64,000 nt of DNA from Neophaeotheca triangularis (lineage: Eukaryota): NCBI GenBank assembly GCA_054600435.1, contig BAAIJX010000037.1:124001-188000 (forward strand), in the 5' to 3' direction. How positions within the stretch are numbered: the first letter of the stretch is position 1; every line of letters starts with the position of its first letter. Under the pieces are notes generated by a model, which worked only from the letters and a program-made list of their open reading frames with translations, did no database searches and was not told where the DNA came from. A program made the position numbers and the translations under genes. This document shows, in pieces, positions 12,701 to 22,200 of this stretch.

Positions 12701-13263
12701 GCGCCATCCAGGCCTGGCACGTCTCTCGGCGGATTGATCTCGTAGGCGTTGCCCGTGTGGCCCCATTGTGATGTCGGGCCTCGGGATTGCTCCGCTTCGA
12801 GCCAAGGGTTGGGCAGCTCGAGGGTTGACGCCTCTTCTGCCAGAGAGCGGTTAAGAGAGTCTATCGCTGGGTTCGGGTTCCTTGTCGGACTGCCGATGAT
12901 GCTACCATATCTCGTCATGCCATCATGGCCAGGGCGTCGGAGAACGTCTTGCGCGGACAGGGGACTACGCTCTGTGGGCGCACCTGTCTCTGTCGGCCGC
13001 CGACTCCTGCCGTGAGTCGTTGCCGCGACGCCCACACCGTCCTCAATTGCCCGCAGATCCTGGGGGCCGGAATCTAAGTTGCGACTTGAGGCCCGTTTGG
13101 TGGGCTCTCCCCGGATGGTCTTCTCCACGGATCGTGGGGTCTGGTCTGCAGACCTAAGGGCTCGCAAGACTGCCTTGAGTTTCTTCTTGCCCTGTTTGTA
13201 GTTGAGGTACTGGGCTCGCCACTCCGGTACCGCGTCCTGGTCTAGTTCCTTTGCAAACTTCAT
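9774..13263 (-). CDS. SYG1: SPX-EXS domain protein SYG1/XPR1 (phosphate export family); introns 11442-11391 and 11210-11154
   Basis: N-terminal MKFAKEL...YLNYKQGKKKLK, FFAFLDKELEKVESFY and AFRKINKKYDK (SPX). EFRDFFLGD, WDIAMDWSL and EVLRRGLWSLFRVENEH (EXS). Canonical splice sites seen. Confidence 0.95.
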
Positions 13264-14017
13264 GCTGGAAGGGAGGGTGAATGAGGGAAAATTTCAGTGA
13301 ACAGATCCATGGACGGATCAAAGACTATCGGTGCTCCCGGTGAGTGGTTAGGGATAATGCATGGCTGCTTAAGGGATGTATTTGAAGTTGTGCAAGCAAA
13401 CAATGGAGGTTTGTTTGGAAATGTGGAAGCTGCTGGCCTTGGCTGGCTTTCCGTTCCAGCTCCAGGGCAGGGTAAGCTTGCAAGTAAAGTGCACGCGACG
13501 CCCCGCTGTAATGGGCGCCTTGGCGTGTATGTAACAAGTACATTCAGCCGACGGTCCAGTCAATAGGCAGCGACTTCATCAGAACCGGAAGTCTCAAGAC
13601 AATCCATACCTACTAGGATGCAGGCAACGAAGACTGCAGGTGGTCGAGCGAAACAAGAGATGCGGTCAATACAAACAGCAGATTATTTAAGCTTAACATT
13701 ATACATGGATGTCTTGGATCGACATGCTTCCAATGACACCCAACGCTCTGCAAGGATCCGCGGCCTTCTTCACGGAATCATTTCAAATCAAGAAAATTCC
13801 GAGAAGCGACGGGAGGCTAAACGTGCATTTTGCTCAAAAAAGTCATTAACTGACTTGTTGTTGCTAATACTAGTAATTACCTATACTGCTCTTGCGGTAA
13901 GCGTGCAAATCGTTGCGACCAGGCGACTCCATACACACCCCCTGCCTTTAACCAGCTCCAATCCCCTCAACAGTCTTCCTAGCACCCTCAATCGTCTTCA
14001 TCAAAATCCCCAGTCTC

Positions 14018-14959
14018 TCAACACCCGGTTTCCCCTCTTGCAAACCTTTTAGCAAACTCCAAACAGCCATCAGATGTACCTTGAGAGCCTAAGTTCGCAT
14101 GGATCTCGGCGATGGGCCTTGCGCCGTTGGCCGGGTTCAGGTCGCTGACCAAGACGACCATGTTGAGGTCTGGGTCTGAGACTGCGACTTGCCAGGCCGC
14201 GGTGCCGAAGTTGCCGTGGTCGGCGAAGACGTCGTAGATGGGTCGACCCCAGACGTTGACGACGCTGATGGAGCCTATAATCGTGCGATGATTGACCTCA
14301 ACGAATTCGGCATCTCAGGCGAGCTCGGGAGTGACTTTGTCCCAGTTTGGAAAGGGAAGAAGGGCGCGGCATTCTTTTGACTCGATTTGTGTGGTTGGGT
14401 CTGTCGAGTTGAAGAAGCTTTTGTGCTGCTTCTTCGGGGTAAGTTGTCTGGGAAAGGGGTCGAGGTGGTAGACTTGGAAGGACTTGGCAGCTTCTAACCA
14501 GGGTTGGCCGAGTACCAGGTCGTAACCGTCGTATGCGATGGACCAGAAAGTTTGTTGGAATCTCTGCTGGAAGTTTGTTGAAACTGGAACAAGAGAACGG
14601 ATCTTGAAAGGTTCAAGAAGGGTGAGAGTGTCGTGAACCTGTGGAGGTGATTGCATTTCATTGGCCTTGGCCTTTACAGGTTTTAGGCGATTCTTCTTTG
14701 TGAAAGCGTGGCTGATGAAGTTGTGGTTGCTTTTGCGGTCGACGATGGCTGTGATGGCTGCCTTTCCGCCTCCGCCTCCACATTTTTTGAGAAGGAGGGT
14801 GACAGAGATGGGAGTGAAATCTGGAGGCTCGCCGCAGGGAATGCGGTTGGCTGGCGGTGGTCCGTATGGATCGCTTGACATGGTAAGTAGCGCTGGCGAA
14901 GGCATCGTTGGCGAAGGCGATGAAGGCATAGTCGATGAAAGCACAGTCGATGAAGGCAT
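14018..14959 (-). pseudogene. Chimeric retropepsin-like domain fused to truncated DEDDh exonuclease; in-frame TGA at 14315-14317; inverted paralog of the gene at 16510
   Basis: ITAIVDRKSNHNFIS...YDLVLGQPWLE resembles Ty3/gypsy aspartyl protease. Reading through the TGA gives PNWDKVTPELA*DAEFVEVNHRTIIGSISVVN...YDVFADHGNFGT...DLNPANGARPI, which aligns to the neighbouring exonuclease. Confidence 0.75.
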
Positions 14960-16509
14960 AGTCGACGATATCTCAGGTGTCCATAGATGGAGATAAATCA
15001 GGACGTGTAATGAGTGAATGCAGGATTATCAAGAAGTTAAATAGGTAACTCTGAGTGTAGGTAATGAGGACATTTGAAGGTACCTGTCCTCGGTGCCTCC
15101 CTAGAGCCCGGGTAGTCGAACAATGTATTACTACCAAAGTAACTGATAGCAACATCTCCGATCGCATCCCTTAACAATTTGAAAGGACGGCCATTATTTC
15201 AATACAACAATATAACAAGGTAACATACCGGTAGTGGAAATCGACATTGCTATCCTCTCCGCCGGACCTCATACAGCGTTGAAGCCCCTGAACAAAACTC
15301 GCGGAAGACAGGCCTATACCAAACCACAGTGAAGCGATAAAATCGAGAGATACAAGATAAGGCCACACATCGCATCCTCCCCCTTCAATTGAGAATACCC
15401 GACTTTGCAAGCTCTCAAGATCACCGTACAATTCTCGCCTAATCCGCAAACGGACGTCCTCGCAACTCTTCGAGAAGCACAGAGTTCCAAACTCAGCAAG
15501 ACCTCAATGACTTCAGCATAGAACCAACAAATACCGCCTATGTAGTTGTAGACCTGAAGCGGGCATCGCAGCATGTATCATAGCTACGCTGCATCCGGCC
15601 AAAGGCGCATTGCGCATGTCTGGCGCTCCGCTAGCCTGCGAACTTCAACCGCCAGAGAGGCAGGCTGAGGCAGTGGACTCCGTTTCCGTTCAACAAGGCC
15701 GCTTGTGCAGCTGAATCGTCTTTTTCAGCCACGAGAAGGGGCTGCGAAAGAATGGAGTCGTTTATGCTGATACTTGTTCAGGGTTTGCTCTGGATTTCTT
15801 ATGCTTCACGTGGGTGCTTTGACGACGAAAGCCATGGGGGTGGCCGGACTGTGCAATATATCCGGCGTCATCTTGTAAGAACGATGTATAGGGCTCCATT
15901 GCTCTTCGTGCGGGGGTAAATAGAGCGGTGGTGGCGGTCAGAGAGTTGTGGGGTCTTTCCACCCAGAGGCAGCGACAAGTGAGACGGCATGGGAAGACTT
16001 GCTTTTTCTGCTGCAGGTACAGTCGACGCTTTGCTATTCTCACGCCAGCGTCGAGGTTTTGGAACAGCCCCCAAGCAGACGGCCCAGAAATTAAGTCGAC
16101 TAGTCACGTGCTCAGACTTTCACTTGTGAGTGCTCTTGCTCAATTGCGTTCCAGAAATGGCGGAAATTCACGCAGCAACTGGTTGGAGAGCAGCTGGGGA
16201 AGTCCAAGTGAATGGGATATTCCTGTTGGCATGTGCTATTACGACCGGCTACCTATGTCTTTGGTCTTGTGCAGTAGCTTCGACTTACACTTCTCCTCAC
16301 CAGCAACGTCGAATCTTCCTACAGGCAAGTCCGGGATACTATTACTACCTTTACCTGTATTCTTGAGCAATACTTCTCTTCATATTCATCACCAATACTC
16401 CTCCTCACGCTACAGTATAATAGATCAACGACACGAGCGTTCTATCGGCAGTCCAGCAAGAAACAGGGAACTCTGCCTCAACTTCACTCAATCTTACGCC
16501 TGCATCGTG

Positions 16510-17796
16510 ATGGCGAAGTTTTCCAGGTCCCCAAAAGACCTCCTAGAGAAAGACACCAACTCCTCGAAAATCACTCGCGGCGTCCCGGAGGGTACATCTC
16601 GAGCCATTCTCCCAACCCCTGAATGGTCCAAAGTCACTCCTGTCCTAGCGATGGACGCCGAATTCGTGCAAATCGACGGCAAATCCGTCATCGGCAGCGT
16701 CTCCGTCGTGAACGAAGACCTCGAAGCGGTCTACGACGTCTTCGCAGACCACGGCAACTTCGGAACGCCCAAGTGGGCCGTCAAACCTCCCATGCGCTGT
16801 CTCAAATTCGTGTGTAAGGAGGATTTGGACCCTGCCAATGGCGCGAGGCCGATCGAGGAAGTGCAGAAGAACTTGAAGCTGCTGTTTGAGGGGCGCAAGG
16901 TCGTTGGGCATGCGGTTCACTGCGACATCGGTGCCATTGGCGAGGAGACTGTGGACTGGGATAGAGTCGAAGTGAGGGACACGCAGGTTTTGGAGGAATG
17001 GCAAGAGTATTCCAAGGGGGTCTCGGGGCCAAAATTGGGGGTTCTGGCGGAGAAAGTCTTGGGCAGGAAGATTCAGCTCGATGGACATATGAGTTTGGAG
17101 GATGCGACGGCGACAATGGAACTGTACCTGTTGCGGAGGGATGCGATTGAGGAGCAGCACGTGGAGAACCCTCGACCAAGACCAGCCGTCAAGACGAAGA
17201 CAAAGAAGAAGCATGTGTCGCAGGTGACAGGAGTGGGAATCGTCTGGCAGAATTCCGGCCGCTGGTTCCTTGGCATGGAAGGCGATGAGGGTTTCGATAC
17301 CAGCCCGCATTTGGCAAACAACACTTTACCCCTCCCAGAGCAGGAGTATCTCGAAAGATCCAAGGTTGACCTGGTAAGCCAACACGCCAAAGCCGCCATG
17401 GATCTCCTCGCCGCGCTCCAAGCTCAGTCCAAGGACGAGAAGTTCGCTAAGAACCTGCAATCCATCATTCATGATTCCCGAGGCGTGTGCCGTCTCCTTT
17501 GGTACGAGGTCGAAGGGATATGGAAGCAGGAGCTCGCGGCCCGGGAAGCGGTCAAGCTAACTAACCCGGAATTTGTGCAAAAAGGCCTCGCGGTTAAGGC
17601 CATGCTGGAGGACCGTGTTGACTTGAGCGCGTTGCCGGAGGGTCTAAGCATCGAGCAGCATTTGGTGGAGATACTGCGCTTTATCCTTGCGATGCAGGCT
17701 CGGTGCCCGAGGATGAAGGCGTTGTGGAAAGCAGAGAGTGCTCTTATGGGGGGGTTGAAGATGCTTAGGAAGCTGGGAGTGGGGGAGCAGGAGTGA
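16510..17796 (+). CDS. DEDDh 3'-5' exonuclease, REX4/ISG20-like, with unrecognised helical C-terminal extension; intronless
   Basis: ExoI LAMDAEFV, ExoII VVGHAVHCD, RDTQ, ExoIII GRKIQLDGHMSLEDATATMELY. Start taken at ATG 16510 (MAKFSR). Confidence 0.85.
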   Translation: MAKFSRSPKDLLEKDTNSSKITRGVPEGTSRAILPTPEWSKVTPVLAMDAEFVQIDGKSVIGSVSVVNEDLEAVYDVFADHGNFGTPKWAVKPPMRCLKFVCKEDLDPANGARPIEEVQKNLKLLFEGRKVVGHAVHCDIGAIGEETVDWDRVEVRDTQVLEEWQEYSKGVSGPKLGVLAEKVLGRKIQLDGHMSLEDATATMELYLLRRDAIEEQHVENPRPRPAVKTKTKKKHVSQVTGVGIVWQNSGRWFLGMEGDEGFDTSPHLANNTLPLPEQEYLERSKVDLVSQHAKAAMDLLAALQAQSKDEKFAKNLQSIIHDSRGVCRLLWYEVEGIWKQELAAREAVKLTNPEFVQKGLAVKAMLEDRVDLSALPEGLSIEQHLVEILRFILAMQARCPRMKALWKAESALMGGLKMLRKLGVGEQE

Positions 17797-19245
17797 TGAT
17801 AGGGGAGGGTGGGGGATTGTCAACCGGCTTTTCTTTTGGGATGCTTCAAGCCTTTCGGATACATTCTATGCACATGCAGTGCTCAACAATGAATTGTGAT
17901 ATACCTTACCTCCCACAATTAGGACGTCTCCTCGATGTGGTCTGGGATGTAGTCTGCCCTCGGAGATTCTTCGTCCGAGTTGTGACGCTTACCTAAGCCG
18001 AGACTTCGCGACTTCCACCTGGGCATCCACTTCACTCCCTCTTCAATCACCACCTCAAGATTTCAAAAGTCCCACCGGAACTCCAGTTTATCGCCCAGAT
18101 AAATTGCTAATAAGCCGTGGACCTGGCCACAGTTAGTTGCGTCGTAAGCATCAGCAAAACCGCTGAGCCACCCATAGACCGCCTTCACGGGTGATTACCT
18201 CGGAAAGTCCAGAGAACGCCCCAGAAGCCCCGGTCAGCAAGCTAGTAATCCGAGCGCACTGAAAACATATTCGAAAGTTCCCAATGCGGACACGGCGGTC
18301 TGCCGTTGCGGTCGCGCAGAGCTGGAAGTGAGGCCCAGGACTCGCTTGCTACGCTTCTATTCAATCGCGAGCTGTTGCACGTCCTCGTTCACGGCCGCGA
18401 TCTGGCAAGCAATACAGATGCTCAAACATGGGCGACGTCCTCGAGATAAGTGAGGTTGACAAAATCTCTCGCTACTAGCGACCCATGTATCAACCCGCGA
18501 TGCAATACCCAACGCTTTGTTCGCGACTGGCCTTTTATTGACTGAAAGTGCTGACAAAAGACTTTTCTAAGCGCTGTAGCGGTCAATTGCCTTGTCTGTA
18601 ACTGGCTATTCGTCGAAAACATCTCACTAGCAATCTTTGACGCCACTTGACCACACAGCGTGAAGAATTTTGCGGTCGATCTTGGTGGGCCAGCACAAGC
18701 ACTTGGAAATCAGGGACCCCCGACTATGCAGTACCCAGGCTCGGACAACACATCCGGCGCGATTGTCGATACTGGAGAGATCTTTTAGCAGTCGTGGTAT
18801 TTCGAACTCTTGTCTGAAGCCCTCGTGGTCAACCACGACAGCTGTAATGATCAACAATCCTCAGCTTTGGTAGCGTTATTGGCTGCATTGAAAGCGAGGC
18901 GTAACAATGCCAGCACCATGGCTACCTTTCGTCCGCCGGCTCCCGGCCGCTGAACTGAGCTACTTATTGATATTGGCAAGCTGGTAATCAATTTGCTTAC
19001 AAGAATGGGCAGCGACTGCAAGCCATTGGCCAGGTGAGACAGTCCAATATTGCCCGCCCGGGACTCGGACACGTATACCATGCACTAAGTATTTCCAATC
19101 TTCTCCTCGCATCTTCCTCCATTTCCCTTCGCTTTTCTCTCCCGGGTCGTTTTTCGAAAATCTCCAGTAGCAGTGCGGTCAAAGTTGAAATTTCACAAGC
19201 GCGACGAATACAGCGACACCCCAAGGTCTGCTGAGGCTTTTCAGC

Positions 19246-22200
19246 ATGAAGCTAACCGGGATCGTCGCTTTCGCGGCCCTCCTGATCCCAATTCTCGCCC
19301 TTCCGGGCCCAATTGCACCCCAAGTGGCCTCGATCGAGCCTCGCGAACCGAAGTCAATTCTCAAGAAACCCAAGTTCCCCAAATTCTCTCGGCCGAAGCA
19401 TGAACCTCGCGACTGCCGCGTGGTGTCGAGGGACCATGAAGAAGGCACAGCCGCGCTGGAGTGCCGTAAGAAGACCTGGAAGCACTGTACCAAGTTGCCC
19501 CAGCCGGCGTCCGGCGGCTACCAACGCTGGCTCTGCGGCAAGGGCAAGAAGAAGACTGCGGTTATAGAAAACTGGCCTCACGCAGAGGGTGCTGATGAAG
19601 AAGACCTGCCTTTCGCCAAAGAAGGCCACACGCTCATGTCCCCGGAAACATGCGAGTCGACGACTGAAGGTTGCAAGGGCGCTGGTGACACGAGCGGATC
19701 GCTGGACGCTCTTCATCTCCATCCGTGGGACATACCAACGACTAGGACCCCTTCAGAGCCTGGGTCAGCTACAACTCTTCGGGTGCAGGCGGATCAGAAT
19801 GCGACCCAGACTGTCGGCGAGGTCACGGCCGTGACCACCATGACGGCCGACTCGACTGAATCAAGTCTTCCGCTCTTGAATTCTCGATACCGTCATACCG
19901 GTGGCAAGCAAACGCGAGATAACCCGTTCCAACTCGAGAAGCGTTATTTTGGAGAGGACGAGTACGGTGATTTCCCTGACCTCCACCTGGACGCATACAA
20001 GAAATGCTATGTCGAGTACACCGGTCCCGAAGGAAGGTCGACCCTATTCTGTAAAAAAAGCCCTGGTGTTCATGTTTACAAGGATAAGGGTGAGAGACTT
20101 ATCAACTGCGAACTACTGCGAGAAAGATCCAAGAAAGGGCTGAGACAATGGGACTGCCAGAGGCTGGGGGAGTTCGGTTCACTCGCGATCGAACATCCAG
20201 AGGCGGAGAGGGCGAAGAAGGAGGCGGATGAAAAAGAACAAAGAAGATTGGACTGGCACGCTGCGAGGAAGCAAAAGAAGGCGGATAAAAAAGAAGAGAA
20301 GAAGAGGAAGAAGGAAGAGGAGAAGAAGGCGAAGGAAGAAAAAAAGAAGGCAGAGCTCGAGGAGAAGGCACTTGAGGAAGCAGCTGGCCTCGGGAAGCGC
20401 GGCCAGCAAGTCACGTCTAATCCCAGCTCCGTTGATCCCCGTCTATTGAATTCTCGCGCTTGCTCGACGATTTACTCGATGCAGACGTACACAACAGTCG
20501 ACTCCAAATCAGACATGACGCAGACGAAGACCACTTCCATGCCCATGGTCACTTGCCCCGATTCCCTTCGGACTGTATCGCAAGACTGCAGGCCTTCATA
20601 CGTCTCCACCATTTACTACAGCAATGTCCCCTGCTCGAGTTGCTCGCATGGCTATTCGACGGAAACGCACACTGCGACGATGGGCGTTGTCAGCCCGGGA
20701 TGCACCAACGCCGTAGCAGGAACATCAGTGGCACCAACTCCCGCGCCGCAAAGCTCAATGGCTTCAAGCTCGATGGCTTCAAATCAGACCTCGCAGCCGC
20801 CGAACACGAGTTCCGAAGGCTCGACTGCACAAAGCTCGAAGCATTCGGAAGAAAGCCTCCAGCCTTCCAGCTCGAAGGTTCCAAGCGACACCGGCGCAAA
20901 CTCGCAGGCTCCCAGCATGTATCTTCAGACCTCGACAAAAGCATTCTCGATGCCCTCGAGCCTAGTGGGAGTCAACCCGACAGTTTCAAGCCCGCCAGAC
21001 CCCAGCTCGTTGGGAACAAACTCCATCGCCCCTAGTATGCTTTCTCAGACCTCGACGAACATTGCCTCGCTGAAGTCGTCTTTCGTCGCAAACACCCCGT
21101 CTAGCGCCAGATCATCGACCAGTGCTCGCTCAGCGAACCCTCTATGGACGGATGGCATACCCGGTTGGCCGAAGACCGAGTCGACGCAGCCAACATCTGT
21201 CACTTCTAGCTCGGTTTGTCATAGTGCGACGGATCCTGCTAACGTGGACGTAAATTCTATGATTGCGAATATGATGGGTTGTGGGAAAAGTGATAGTTCG
21301 GCTGAAGCTAGCTCTACTGGCGCAAGTTTGGTGAGTGCGAGTTCCACTAGTGTTGGCTCGACAAGCATGAGCTCGGCAGAGTCCCCCTCACCAAAGTCGT
21401 CCTCGGTGGCGATCAGCTCCAGTGAAGCCAGCTTGCCGGTATCGAGCATGGCATCTCCTACTTCGACACAAGGAGCAAGCTCGTTGGTTGCCAATTCGCC
21501 GGGGTCTAGCATGAAGGAGCCCACCCAGGCATCTATCAGCTGGCCGGCTCCCTCGTCTTCGATCGCCACAAGCAGTGCACCCACGCAACAACCACCGCCG
21601 TCACCGCCTCGACCGTCGCAGATGTCACCTGCTGGAAGCTCCACCAACACTGCAGCCCCTCCAAACGTCCAGCAAGAATCGCGACCAGTTTACCAAAACA
21701 GCTCTCCTGCCAATCCCTCCCAAGCACAACCCACTCCTACAGGGTTGAGCACACTGCCCTCGCCATATCCATATTTCCCTTCAGCAGCCCAGCCTGCCAC
21801 TCAAGAAGGAGCAACTTTCTCTTCATCTTACATCTCCTTTGTAGCGTCGACCGCACCAAACGCGGTGAATACGCCGCCACCGACCGTCCTAGATGCATTC
21901 AACAGGCCTCCAAACTCTCCTAACAACCCTTGGTACCACGCACGACCCGGCTATAACGAGGCAGACAATTACCACGCAGTACCCGTCGAGAACGCACAAA
22001 ATGTAGCTCCCGCACCCCAAACAGTTTATTACACTGTCACCAAGGCCCAGAGTCCCAACTCAGTGGTCTACAACGAAGCCCCACGCGTTCTGCAGGCACC
22101 AACCATGATGGCCAACAACCCAGCTTCAGGATCCCCCAATGTAGCTTACTACGAGCCGAAGCCCGCCGCTGTAGCGCCAGGTCAAGTGGTTGACCAAAAT

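Noticed and set aside
15928..16509. N-terminal 194 aa of the 622-aa ORF
   Set aside because: Begins at GTG and reads like promoter/5'UTR sequence; ATG 16510 fits better.
18000..19100. Short ORFs between the exonuclease and the secreted protein
   Set aside because: No recognisable motifs; may be a decayed gene but cannot be supported.
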